From assembly GCA_963793865.1 (NCBI GenBank), contig CAWCBP010000013.1, positions 1 through 40,129 of the forward strand: DNA of 40,129 bases, written 5' to 3'. The position numbers and the translations under genes are program-made. Each line of letters starts with the position of its first letter. The stretch's first letter is position 1. This document shows positions 19,014-28,116 of this stretch, piece after piece. The stretch is from an uncultured delta proteobacterium (lineage in GTDB: Bacteria; Desulfobacterota; WTBG01). Under the pieces are notes generated by a model that worked only from the letters and a program-made list of their open reading frames with translations, did not search any database and was not told the DNA's origin.

Positions 19014-19631
19014 ATGAAATTAATGGCATTTGTGGGCAGTCCCCGGAAGGGTGGCAATACCGACATTCTCATTGACAAGGTCATCGAAGGGGCAAAGAGC
19101 AAGACCGAGGTGGAGGCGGAGAAGATTTATCTCTACGAGGCCAACATCAAGTATTGCAACGGCTGCGGCGCCCACACAGTGCTGCACGGGAGCAAGGACT
19201 GCCCGCTGGGTGACGACATGCAGGGGATTCTGGAGCGGATGATCAAGGCCGACGCCTTCATCTTCGGCTCGCCCAATCACGGCCGCACCATATCGGCTGC
19301 CATGACCAATTTCATCGCGCGCATGATGCCGCTTTTGAAGATGGAGGTGGTGCGGGACGCAGCGGGGAATATCATCGACGCCCGTTCAAAACCGCTGGTC
19401 GGGGGCAAAAAGGCGGTGATGGTGGTGAGCCAGGGGGATCCCTGGCCGAGCTCCTCATGCCTGGTGATAAAGATACTTGACGACAACATAAAAGATTTTC
19501 AGATGAAGAAGGTAGGCGAGGTGTTCAGCATGTTCAACCTGGAGAAGGGGGCGGTCAAAGACAAGCCCGCCGATCTGAATCTGGCCTTCGCCATGGGTGC
19601 CAGGCTGGCGGCGGCGGTGTTGCGGGGGTGA
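19014..19631 (+). CDS. Flavodoxin-fold iron-sulfur flavoprotein / NADPH-dependent FMN reductase family
   Basis: AGGAGG RBS; GSPRKGGNT, CNGCGAH..DC, ADAFIFGSP. Confidence 0.88.
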   Translation: MKLMAFVGSPRKGGNTDILIDKVIEGAKSKTEVEAEKIYLYEANIKYCNGCGAHTVLHGSKDCPLGDDMQGILERMIKADAFIFGSPNHGRTISAAMTNFIARMMPLLKMEVVRDAAGNIIDARSKPLVGGKKAVMVVSQGDPWPSSSCLVIKILDDNIKDFQMKKVGEVFSMFNLEKGAVKDKPADLNLAFAMGARLAAAVLRG

Positions 19632-19680
19632 AGTACAATTTGGGATTGCGGATTGCGGAATGAGGAGGAAGAAGAATATG

Positions 19681-19742
19681 GTAGGGGCAGGCCCCTGTGC
19701 CTGCCCTGATTTCGGAGGGCAACCACAGGGGGTTGCCCCTAC
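19681..19742. repeat. 62-bp GTAG..CTAC REP doublet, copy 2
   Basis: Near-identical to 17857-17918. Confidence 0.85.
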
Positions 19743-19809
19743 CAGGTTAAAAATTATTGCTTCATGGCGTTTACCAGAGGCATGGCGGGTTGTCTGAGGA
19801 TTGATGACT

Positions 19810-20233
19810 ATGCTGTATAAGCGGTGCGGCAGCAAGCTGGTAGTGAGAATCGACAAGGGTGAGGAGATAATTGACACCCTGCTCAAGGTGTGCGGCTCAC
19901 TGCGGCATTACGCTGGGATCGATAAGCGGCATCGGGGCAACCAACCGCGCGACCATCGGGCTGTTTGATACGGCCGCGAAAAAATACCATTCAAAGGAAC
20001 TGACCGGTGAATATGAAATAACCAGCCTTTCCGGTACGGTGACCACCATGGAGGGGAAGCCGTACCTCCATGTCCATGCCACCCTTTCAGACGCAAGCTA
20101 TGCCGCCTTCGGCGGCCATCTGAACGCGGCCCTGGTGAGCGGGGCTTGCGAGGTGATCATCGATATCATGGATGGTGAGGTTGACCGGGTATTCAGTGAG
20201 GAAGTGGGTTTGAATCTTTTTAATTTGAAATAG
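19810..20233 (+). CDS. PPC domain (DUF296) protein, one frameshift near 19895
   Basis: From ATG 19810: MLYKRCGSKLVVRIDKGEEIIDTL, then ISGIGA, YEITSLSG, LHVHATLSD, GGHL in ORF 19871. Confidence 0.85.
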
Positions 20234-20288
20234 CAAGTTGTGTTATGTTTACCCTTCGTCATTTGTGCATTATTTCATTGCTCCTAGG

Positions 20289-20315
20289 TGCCATCCCCGC
20301 GAAAGCGGGGATCCA
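20289..20315. repeat. ATCCCCGC-N4-GCGGGGAT palindromic repeat
   Basis: tgccatccccgcgaaagcggggatcca. Confidence 0.75.
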
Positions 20316-20330
20316 GTATTTTATACAGAT

Positions 20331-20358
20331 GTAGGGGCGACCGGCCGGTCGCCCCTAC
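20331..20358. repeat. GTAG-type REP-like palindrome, copy 2 (perfect 28-bp palindrome)
   Basis: gtaggggcgaccggccggtcgcccctac. Confidence 0.88.
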
Positions 20359-20394
20359 GGATTAGAAACTATTTTTGTGTTAAATGGTGCCCCC

Positions 20395-21019
20395 ATGACA
20401 CACGCGCCGATTAGCTGTGAGGTGTACTTCGACTATTACTGACCCTGGTGTTACGTCGCGGCCGTTCGGCTGGATAGACTTGAAGCGGAATGGGGGGATT
20501 CCCTGTCCCTGAGCTGGAAGAGCTACCTCATTCGCGGCGAAGGGGTGACCGAGTTCGACGAGTACATCGCCTCCCATTTCCGCAGGGCCAATGAAGCGGA
20601 GCCGGGGGTCATCTTTAATCCCTGGCGGTCAGGGCCATATCCCCGATGGGGTATGCCCGCGCTCATGGCAAGCAAGGCCGCGGCCTTGCAGGGAAAGGAG
20701 AAGTGGCGCAGGTTTCACCTGGCGGTAATGAAGGCTTTTTACACGGAAGGTCGGGACATCTCCAGCCATAAGGTGTCTGGAGGAAATCGGGAGCGAAACG
20801 GGTCTTGACATGGAGGCTTTTACCGGCCGGATGAGCGATCCGCAATTTGAAACGCTGGTGTATGAGGAAACGCGGCATGCGCAGGAACAGTATGGCATCA
20901 GTTCCATACCGGTCATGGTGATCCAAAACCGTTTCCTGGTGGAGGGGGCTGTACCCCTTTCCCGGTATCAGCAGGTGCTGAATGAGGTGAGATCAGCAAG
21001 AAGAAGGGAGCATTCTTGA
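20395..21019 (+). CDS. DsbA/FrnE-like thiol oxidoreductase, selenoprotein (UPWC); one frameshift near 20778
   Basis: From ATG 20395: MTHAPISCEVYFDYY-TGA-PWCYVAAVRL, in frame with ORF 20545. The C-terminal ORF has GISSIPVMVI..VEGAVP. Confidence 0.85.
20455..20475 (+). promoter_or_regulatory. Putative bacterial SECIS hairpin
   Basis: gtc-g-cggcc-GTTC-ggctg-gat stem-loop; the apical loop starts with G after a 21-nt spacer downstream of TGA 20440-20442. Confidence 0.6.
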
Positions 21020-21043
21020 TAAACATCGAGTTGGAGATATCTT

Positions 21044-21760
21044 ATGACCAATGAGCAGATCCTGAACATTTTGCGGACCACCGTGCAGATTAAGAAAGAA
21101 CCCGTGGCCATCAAGGTCTGGAAAAACGAACCCGCGGGCATCCCCAAATATGAAGAACGGGCGTTCCCGGGCATGTGCGCCCAGATTGGCGAATTGCTCA
21201 AGACCGGAACAACCTTCTATACCGACCGGGAGCAGTGCTTCTGCACCGGCGGGGTGGTTGCGACCGGTGTAGCCCCGGCGCTCAATGCGGAGGAGCGGGA
21301 TGAAATGGTCAAGGTGCATTTCGAGGTTAGCCGGGGCTATAAGGATATTCCCACCGCCCTGTACTATGAAACGCAAATGGAGAAAATCAATCCGAAGGTG
21401 AAGGAGAGCAATGCGGCGGTTCAGCTGGGCCTTTTCAAGTACATCGCGGACCCGGACCTGGTGCTCATCTTTTGCAATCCGGGGACGGCGGACATGCTCA
21501 ACCGGGCTTACACCTATGTGAGCGGAGAGCCGGTTTCAGGGTTCGGGGGAAACGGCGCCTGTCCCTTTGCCATTCAATACCCCTACGTCACCAAAAAACC
21601 TTCCTTCACCTACAGCGATGTTTCCTGGAGAAAGTATGTGGGGATGACGGATGATGAGCTGACCATGACCTTTCCGTTTCAAAGCCTGGTTCAATTTATC
21701 GAGTGTTTGCCTGCGGTGGCGGAAGAGTACCGGCACTACGGGGAGATGCCCGGGGCGTAG
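21044..21760 (+). CDS. DUF169 family protein
   Basis: EPVAIK, spaced cysteines in MCAQI, CFCTGG and GAC, PDLVLIFCNP, DDELTMTFP. Confidence 0.7.
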   Translation: MTNEQILNILRTTVQIKKEPVAIKVWKNEPAGIPKYEERAFPGMCAQIGELLKTGTTFYTDREQCFCTGGVVATGVAPALNAEERDEMVKVHFEVSRGYKDIPTALYYETQMEKINPKVKESNAAVQLGLFKYIADPDLVLIFCNPGTADMLNRAYTYVSGEPVSGFGGNGACPFAIQYPYVTKKPSFTYSDVSWRKYVGMTDDELTMTFPFQSLVQFIECLPAVAEEYRHYGEMPGA

Positions 21761-21779
21761 GTATGCGCCGGAAAGAAAT

Positions 21780-21843
21780 CGCAAGCTGAAGCTTGCGGCT
21801 ACATCTGCTGAATGCACGTAGGGGCGACCGGCCGGTCGCCCCT
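21780..21843. repeat. Two REP-like palindromes between convergent genes (GTAG-type copy 3 at 21818)
   Basis: cgcaagctgaagcttgcggctac (21780-21802; GTAG on the minus strand) and gtaggggcgaccggccggtcgcccct (21818-21843). Confidence 0.8.
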
Positions 21844-21891
21844 CCGTTTTCAGAAACGTACGTACTTCCTGACAATCCTGCCTCGCAATCT

Positions 21892-22752
21892 TTACCGAAA
21901 AATATTGTTAATTACCCACCCGCTTGAAACATTATCCATTTTTTTTGACTCCACCAGGCTTTTCCGGTTCTGGTAGTAGGCGTCACGTATGGCGATGTAG
22001 GGATCGAGCGCCGATTCGGTCAGCCCTTCATAATCGCCGATGGTGAGCGATGTCTCGTTCACTTCTTCATAGACGGCGATGCCCATCTTGACGGGTGTAT
22101 CAAGAAGGTAAGTCGTAGGATCGCAGGCCATGTCCGCAATGATGCCCAGGGTGCCGCGCAGGCTTGAAGGTCCCAGGAGCGGCCAGTTGATGTAAATGAC
22201 AGGTCCCATTTTGTAGGTGCCCAGCGTCTGGTCAAAATCAGCTTGTTGCTCGCTCATGCGGCAGAATGACTGCGCGGGATCAAACAGGCCGGCGATGCCC
22301 GCGGTGGTGTTGACGACGAAACGGCCGATCTCGGTCCCCGCTCCCTTCATCCGCCCCTGGAGAATGCAGTTCACCAGCCGGACCGGGGTGCCCGCGTTTG
22401 AGAAAAACTTGCGAACGCATACCCGCGCCCTCTGGGGCACGATGAAGCGATACCCCCGCGCCACCGGCTTGAGCGCCCAGTAGTAGAGCTTGTCATTGAA
22501 GTGGAACATGGCCCGGTTAAAGGGCTGCAGCGGATCCCTGATATACTCGATCTCTTCCGATTCATCCTCTTCCTCCCAATCATCATCGATACTGCCGGCC
22601 GTGCTCTTTGCTGCTGCGCTGTCATCTGAAGGCTCGGTACCGCTCACGCCTATGGATGGGGATGTCTGCGCAGAAGCGGGGGCTGGAAAACCGACGGCAA
22701 TGAACACAAGTGACAAAAACAGTATCGCGATCATCATTCCTGCTTTCATCAT
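21892..22752 (-). CDS. mlaA: MlaA/VacJ family phospholipid transport protein
   Basis: Start reassigned to MMKAGM after a GGAGG RBS. DPLQPFNRAMFHFNDKLY, RFVVNTTAGIAGLFD, DFDQTLG, PLLGPSSLR, DPYIAIRDAY. Confidence 0.9.
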   Translation of the reverse strand: MMKAGMMIAILFLSLVFIAVGFPAPASAQTSPSIGVSGTEPSDDSAAAKSTAGSIDDDWEEEDESEEIEYIRDPLQPFNRAMFHFNDKLYYWALKPVARGYRFIVPQRARVCVRKFFSNAGTPVRLVNCILQGRMKGAGTEIGRFVVNTTAGIAGLFDPAQSFCRMSEQQADFDQTLGTYKMGPVIYINWPLLGPSSLRGTLGIIADMACDPTTYLLDTPVKMGIAVYEEVNETSLTIGDYEGLTESALDPYIAIRDAYYQNRKSLVESKKMDNVSSGWVINNIFR

Positions 22753-22860
22753 TCCCTCCGGTAGGGTTGAGGTATTTAAACTCCGCCAGCAATGCTTTTT
22801 TAGCCGGCATACTAGCATGAAACAATCCGCATGCCTATAAAATTTTAATGAACGAGTCTT

Positions 22861-23130
22861 TGGAGTAATGGAGTGATGGAAGAAAATGGAGTAATGGAGT
22901 AGTGGAGTGATGGAGCAATGGAAAAAGACGGGGCAATGGAGTACCGGAGTGGTGGAAGAAGACGGGTAATGGAGTAGTGGAGTGATGGAGTGCTGGGAAG
23001 AAAGGGGGGTGTCTCGTTTTATCCAATACTCCAGTACTCCATCCCTCAATACTCCACACTCCAGCAGTACTTCAATACTCCAGCCCCCCAGTCTTTCAGT
23101 ACTCCACTACTCCATCACTCCATTACTCCG
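22861..23130. repeat. Two opposed arrays of the octamer TGGAGTRN / NYACTCCA
   Basis: tggagtaa, tggagtga and tggagtag units at 22861-22995; tactccag, tactccat and cactccat units at ~23026-23130. Confidence 0.85.
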
Positions 23131-23155
23131 CTCCTCCTCCTCTTCCAAAAAGTGT

Positions 23156-23184
23156 TTGACACCCAAAGAACGCTATGTTAGCAC
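23156..23184 (+). promoter_or_regulatory. Putative sigma70 promoter of the fumarase/sdh run
   Basis: TTGACA-17 nt-TAGCAC with a TGn extension. Confidence 0.4.
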
Positions 23185-23219
23185 AGATTTGCCAGCTGTT
23201 CACCCATCCAGAGAAATTC

Positions 23220-24059
23220 ATGAAAGCCGTCCGCTACAACGCTATTGTTGAGAAAGTCAGGGATGCCTGCATGGAGGCCAACTTTAAGCTGGCGGACGAT
23301 GTGAGGGCAGCGGTCGAAAAGGCCAGGGGCACAGAGGAATCACCGGTCGGCCGGGAAATACTGGACCAGATGCTTGAAAATGCGGCGATTGCCGAGCGTG
23401 AGCAGATTGCCATCTGCCAGGACACCGGATTTGCCGTCTTTTTTGTGGAACTGGGCGACCGGGTCAGCATTGAGGGCGGCCTCCTTGTCGATGCCATTAA
23501 TGAAGGGGTGCGGCAGGGCTATCGCGACGGCTACTTAAGAAAATCCATCTGTCATCCCCTTACCCGCAAAAACACCGGGGATAACACGCCTGCCATCGTG
23601 CACCTGGAGCTGGTTCCCGGCGATACATTGAAAATCCTGCTGGCGCCCAAGGGGGCGGGAAGCGAAAACATGAGCCGGGTGGCCATGCTCAAGCCGTCGG
23701 ACGGCCTGGAGGGTATCAAGAACCTGGTCATTGAGCGGATCAGGGAGGCGGGCGCAAACCCCTGCCCCCCCGTGATAGTTGGTGTGGGCATAGGCGGCAC
23801 CATGGAAAAGGCTGCTCTCATCGCCAAGAAGGCCATGCTGCGTCCCATCGGCAGCCTGAATCCCGACCCGGAACTGGCTGCCCTGGAGGCCAAGCTTTTA
23901 GGAAAAATAAATGACCTGGGAATCGGGCCGCAGGGCCTGGGAGGGCGCACGACCGCCCTCGCTGTGCACATAGAGGTCTTTCCCTGTCATATCGCAAGTC
24001 TGCCGGTGGCGGTGAACATTAACTGTCATGCGAGCAGGCACAAGGAAATCCTGTTCTGA
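23220..24059 (+). CDS. Class I fumarate hydratase, alpha subunit (two-subunit Fe-S hydro-lyase)
   Basis: ICQDTG, GYLRKS, NTGDNTPA, KGAGSENMS, ANPCPP, GIGPQGLGG, PCHIASLPVAVNINCHASR. Confidence 0.92.
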   Translation: MKAVRYNAIVEKVRDACMEANFKLADDVRAAVEKARGTEESPVGREILDQMLENAAIAEREQIAICQDTGFAVFFVELGDRVSIEGGLLVDAINEGVRQGYRDGYLRKSICHPLTRKNTGDNTPAIVHLELVPGDTLKILLAPKGAGSENMSRVAMLKPSDGLEGIKNLVIERIREAGANPCPPVIVGVGIGGTMEKAALIAKKAMLRPIGSLNPDPELAALEAKLLGKINDLGIGPQGLGGRTTALAVHIEVFPCHIASLPVAVNINCHASRHKEILF

Positions 24060-24076
24060 GGTTTTGAAGAAATCCC

Positions 24077-24637
24077 ATGGGCGAGATACATATTACCACC
24101 CCTTTGAGCGATGATGTAATCAGCAAACTCAGAAGCGGTGACAGGGTGCTCATCGACGGCACCCTCTTTACCGCCCGCGATGCCGCCCACAAGCGCCTGG
24201 TTGAGCTGATTGACCGGGGCGAGCAACTTCCCTTTGACCTGAAGGGCCAGATAGTCTATTATGTGGGGCCAACGCCAGCCAGGCCGGGCAGACCCATCGG
24301 CTCGGCCGGTCCCACCACCAGCTTCCGGATGGATGCCTACGCGCCGAAGCTGATGGAACACGGTCTCAAGGGGATGATCGGCAAGGGAGCGCGCAGCAAA
24401 GAGGTGCTCGAGGCGATCAGGCGGTTTAAATGCGTCTACTTCACCACCGTGGGCGGGGCGGGTGCGCTGATCGCCCAACGCATCACCCGTTCCGAGATTG
24501 TTGCCTACGAAGACCTGGGCGCCGAAGCGGTGAGAAAGCTGACCGTCGAGAATTTTCCGGTGTTTGTGGTGAATGACATCCATGGTAATGACCTGTATCA
24601 GGAGGGCGTGCAAAAGTACGCCCGTACAGGCTGTTGA
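24077..24637 (+). CDS. Class I fumarate hydratase, beta subunit
   Basis: TARDAAHKR, YYVGPTP, GSAGPTTSFRMD, MIGKG, DLGAEAV. Confidence 0.93.
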   Translation: MGEIHITTPLSDDVISKLRSGDRVLIDGTLFTARDAAHKRLVELIDRGEQLPFDLKGQIVYYVGPTPARPGRPIGSAGPTTSFRMDAYAPKLMEHGLKGMIGKGARSKEVLEAIRRFKCVYFTTVGGAGALIAQRITRSEIVAYEDLGAEAVRKLTVENFPVFVVNDIHGNDLYQEGVQKYARTGC

Positions 24638-24752
24638 AAAACACCCATCTGCTGCGTTACAGCTCATCCTTCGTCATTGCAGCGTACTCACATGTACGCC
24701 TCATTCCTCAGGATTTCGCGTGCCTTGCATCTGGATGTTTTTGAACAGCCTG
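24627..24752. mobile_element. ~126-bp MITE-like element, copy 2, overlapping the fumarase beta stop codon
   Basis: caggctgttgaaaaaca / tgtttttgaacagcctg termini; near-identical to 7131-7255. Confidence 0.8.
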
Positions 24753-24817
24753 TGAAAAATACTTTTTCAACAACCGGTTGAATGATTGTGCCATGAAACT
24801 ATAGGGAGGCCTTAGCC

Positions 24818-25126
24818 ATGTTTGTGTGGGTATTTCACCGCATCAGCGGTCTGGTCATGATCATTCTCTTCGGCGTTAAAATCTATACCGGCTTCGGCAC
24901 GGTGGGCCACTTCGGCCAGGACGCAATACCCTACTGGACGAAGCTGCACAACAACCTGGCCATTGACCTGGTAGCCATATTGCTTTTTATCTACCACAGC
25001 CTCTATGGACTGAGGACCTGCCTGGTGGATCTGGGAGTCAAAAAGGAAAAGGAACTTTTCTGGGGACTTTCGGCAGCAGGAGCGGCACTCTATCTCTTTG
25101 TCTGCTTTCAGTGGCTCTTCCGCTAA
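24818..25126 (+). CDS. sdhC: Succinate dehydrogenase/fumarate reductase cytochrome b556-like membrane anchor
   Basis: [32 protein letters not shown], 3 TM helices. Confidence 0.75.
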   Translation: MFVWVFHRISGLVMIILFGVKIYTGFGTVGHFGQDAIPYWTKLHNNLAIDLVAILLFIYHSLYGLRTCLVDLGVKKEKELFWGLSAAGAALYLFVCFQWLFR

Positions 25127-25178
25127 GATACCGGTTCCTTCCCCGGAATCATGTCAGCTTAAAAGGACAAGGCGTTGC

Positions 25179-26879
25179 ATGATAACCCATGACGTACTCA
25201 TAGTCGGAGCAGGCATTGCCGGCCTGCGGGCGGCGATCGGGACATCCGCCCGGTACGACACCGCCGTCTTGAGCAAGGTGCACCCCGTGCGCTCCCATTC
25301 CATCGCCGCGCAGGGGGGAATGAATGCCGCCCTGGCCAACGTGGAAGGGTCCAAGGATGACACGGTTGAGAAGCACACCTTCGACACCATCAAGGGCAGC
25401 GATTACCTGGCGGACCAGCCCGCGGTGCGGGTAATGTGCACCCAGGCGCCGCTGCTGGTGTATGAGCTGGATCACTGGGGATGCCCCTGGAGCAGGCTGG
25501 ATGACGGAAAAATTGCCCAGCGGCCCTTCGGCGGCGCCGGCTATCCCCGCTGCTGCTACGCGTCTGACCGCACCGGCCACATGGTCCTGCATACCTTCTA
25601 CGAAAAGATTGTCGAGCTCGGCGTCAGGGTGTACGAGGAGTGGCTTGCCCTCTCCCTGGTGGTTGACAACAACCGGGTTCACGGGGTGGTGGCCATGGAG
25701 ATGGCCACCGGCAGGCTTGAGACCTTTGCCGCCAAAGCGGTGGTGCTGGCCACCGGCGGCTACGGCCGGGTTTTTTCGCGGAGCAGCAACGCCCTGATCA
25801 ACACCGGGTCGGGCATCGCCGTCGCCTATGAGGCCGGTGTCCCCATCGAGGACATGGAGTTCGTGCAGTATCATCCCACCACGCTTTACGGGACCAATAT
25901 CCTCATCAGCGAGGGTGCGCGCGGTGAAGGCGGCTACCTGGTGAACAATCGCGGTGAGCGCTTCATGGAAAAGTACGCCAAGAGCGCCATGGAGCTGGCG
26001 CCGCGGGACATCGTCTCCCGGTCCATCCAGACCGAAATCAACCAGGGCCGCGGCTTTAATGACGAGTACGTGCACCTTGACCTGCGGCACCTGGGGCGTG
26101 AGAAGATCCTGGAGCGGCTTCCCGGCATCCGGGAAATCGCCATTGACTTCGGGGGCATCGATCCCATCGACTCGCCCATTCCCGTCCAGCCCGCCCAGCA
26201 CTACTCCATGGGCGGCGTAGCCACCGACGTGCACGGCGCAACGGCTGTAAAGGGGCTCTACGGGGCAGGCGAGTCTGCCTGCGTGTCCGTCCACGGCGCA
26301 AACCGTTTGGGAGGCAATTCCCTGCTCGACACGTCGGTGTTCGGCAAGCTGGTGGCCGAGGCCATACCGGCCTACCTGGAGTCAGGCGCGGCCGAACCTG
26401 ATTCCCGCCTGCTCATGGATGAGCAGAAGAGGCAGCAGGAGCGGGTAAACGCCATAACCTCGCGGACGAATCCCGCTGAAAGCGTGGGTACCATACTGCC
26501 GGCCATGAGGGAAACCATGTTCACCAAGTGCGGGGTCTACCGGGAGAAAAAGCTGCTTGAGGAGGCGCTTGCCGCCATCAAAGAATTGAAGGAGCGGGCG
26601 CGGAAGGTGGGCATCAGCAATACCTCCTCCCTCAAATATAACCCCGGGCTGATGAATAGCCTGGAGCTGACGGGGATGATCGAGATATCGGAAATGATTG
26701 TGGCCGGCGCCCTGGTGCGCGAGGAGAGCCGGGGATCGCACTGGCGCACGGACTTTCCCACCCGCGATGACCAGCGCTGGCTGAAGCACACCATGGCCCG
26801 CTATGCCCCTGAGGGGCCGCAGTTCAGCTACACCGAGGTAGAGATTACGGACTATGAACCGAAAGCCCGCACATACTGA
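25179..26879 (+). CDS. sdhA: Succinate dehydrogenase/fumarate reductase flavoprotein subunit
   Basis: [21 protein letters not shown] (covalent FAD His), [39 protein letters not shown]. Confidence 0.95.
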   Translation: MITHDVLIVGAGIAGLRAAIGTSARYDTAVLSKVHPVRSHSIAAQGGMNAALANVEGSKDDTVEKHTFDTIKGSDYLADQPAVRVMCTQAPLLVYELDHWGCPWSRLDDGKIAQRPFGGAGYPRCCYASDRTGHMVLHTFYEKIVELGVRVYEEWLALSLVVDNNRVHGVVAMEMATGRLETFAAKAVVLATGGYGRVFSRSSNALINTGSGIAVAYEAGVPIEDMEFVQYHPTTLYGTNILISEGARGEGGYLVNNRGERFMEKYAKSAMELAPRDIVSRSIQTEINQGRGFNDEYVHLDLRHLGREKILERLPGIREIAIDFGGIDPIDSPIPVQPAQHYSMGGVATDVHGATAVKGLYGAGESACVSVHGANRLGGNSLLDTSVFGKLVAEAIPAYLESGAAEPDSRLLMDEQKRQQERVNAITSRTNPAESVGTILPAMRETMFTKCGVYREKKLLEEALAAIKELKERARKVGISNTSSLKYNPGLMNSLELTGMIEISEMIVAGALVREESRGSHWRTDFPTRDDQRWLKHTMARYAPEGPQFSYTEVEITDYEPKARTY

Positions 26880-27609
26880 CAGCGAGTACACCTTTAAGCT
26901 GTTTCGCCTTGATCCGGAGAAGGCTCAGGAGCCCTGCTACGACACATACAGGATAGGGTTCCCGCAGGGCACGACCGTGCTGGAGGCACTGCTGCACATC
27001 CAGGAGACCGAGGATGACAGCATCGCCTTCCGCTTTTCCTGCCGCAGCGCCGTCTGCGGGTCCTGCGGCATGCTGGTGAACGGCGCGCCGGTGCTCGCCT
27101 GCCGCACCCAGCTCAGCTCCCTCATCGGCGACCAGGTGCTGGTCGAGCCGCTGCCCAACATGGAGGTCATCAGGGACTTCATCGTCGATACCGCGCCCTT
27201 CTGGAAAAGCTACCGCATGGTGGAGCCCTGGCTGCACGGCAATGGCGAGCCCGTCCCGGAAAAGGAGCGCCTCCAATCACCCAGGGCGGTGAGAAAGCTG
27301 GAACCCTATATCAACTGTGTTCTCTGCGCCTGCTGTTACGGCGCCTGCCCGGTCATCGGCTTCGATGAGGAGTACATCGGCCCCGCCGCCATTGCCAAGC
27401 TTTTCAGGTTCATGCGGGACTCGCGGGACCGGAGGGGAACGGCATTCCTGGAACGGGTCAACCGCAGGGCAGGGGTGTGGAACTGCCGCACCATCTTCCG
27501 CTGCATCGATGCCTGTCCCAAGGACATTCGTCCCACGGATACCATCGAAGCGCTGAGGCGGGAGATGGTCCTCTACCGTTTTAAAAAATTCTTTCGCCTG
27601 GTTCGATAA
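26854..27609 (+). CDS. sdhB: Succinate dehydrogenase/fumarate reductase iron-sulfur subunit
   Basis: [37 protein letters not shown]. Confidence 0.93.
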   Translation: MNRKPAHTDSEYTFKLFRLDPEKAQEPCYDTYRIGFPQGTTVLEALLHIQETEDDSIAFRFSCRSAVCGSCGMLVNGAPVLACRTQLSSLIGDQVLVEPLPNMEVIRDFIVDTAPFWKSYRMVEPWLHGNGEPVPEKERLQSPRAVRKLEPYINCVLCACCYGACPVIGFDEEYIGPAAIAKLFRFMRDSRDRRGTAFLERVNRRAGVWNCRTIFRCIDACPKDIRPTDTIEALRREMVLYRFKKFFRLVR

Positions 27610-27618
27610 GGGACGTTC

Positions 27619-28095
27619 ATGAAGATCAAGGAATCGCTCCTCTCCCGCAGGGGATTTTTCACCGGCCTGATATACGGCGGCTTTGCCTCGCTGGCGGCCC
27701 TCGTGGCCTATCCGGCGGTGCGCTTTCTCTTTCATAAAAAGGAGATGCCGCTTCCTGAGGCGGTGAGGGTCGGCCGGTCGGAGATTGAAACCATTCCTCC
27801 CAACACGGCGGTGTACTTTCAGTACGGCTACCTGCCCTGCATTCTCCTCAAGACGGAGGCAGGTGAGCTTCGGGCCTTCAGCGCCAAGTGCACCCACCTG
27901 GACTGCAACGTCCAGTACCAGCCGGAGAGCAAAAAATTTTACTGCGCCTGCCACGACGGCTATTTCGATGAGAAGGGGATTAACATTGCGGGCCCCCCGC
28001 CTTCCCCGCTCCTCTCTTTTACCGTGGGTCAGGAAAACGAGACCGTGCTTATTTCCCTTCCCGCCTCAGGGAGCGGGGAAAAGGGCACAGCGTAG
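27619..28095 (+). CDS. qcrA: Rieske 2Fe-2S subunit of a Rieske/cytochrome b complex, Tat signal-anchor
   Basis: SRRGFF plus hydrophobic helix; CTHLDC and CACHDG boxes; GPPPSPL. Confidence 0.9.
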   Translation: MKIKESLLSRRGFFTGLIYGGFASLAALVAYPAVRFLFHKKEMPLPEAVRVGRSEIETIPPNTAVYFQYGYLPCILLKTEAGELRAFSAKCTHLDCNVQYQPESKKFYCACHDGYFDEKGINIAGPPPSPLLSFTVGQENETVLISLPASGSGEKGTA

Positions 28096-28116
28096 TTTTT
28101 ATAAAGGTGAGTACAG

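Noticed and set aside
22861..23130. Possible CRISPR array
   Set aside because: Units are 8 bp, degenerate and in two orientations, with no constant 25-40 bp repeat, no unique spacers and no cas genes
24629..24640. GGC-TGT-TGA at the fumarase beta end as a C-terminal Gly-Cys-Sec motif
   Set aside because: These bases are the terminus of the repeated MITE-like element, and readthrough only translates the element
25098..25178. Twin-arginine signal on SdhA (KRTRR)
   Set aside because: No hydrophobic region follows, and the FAD-binding fold starts right at Met 25179
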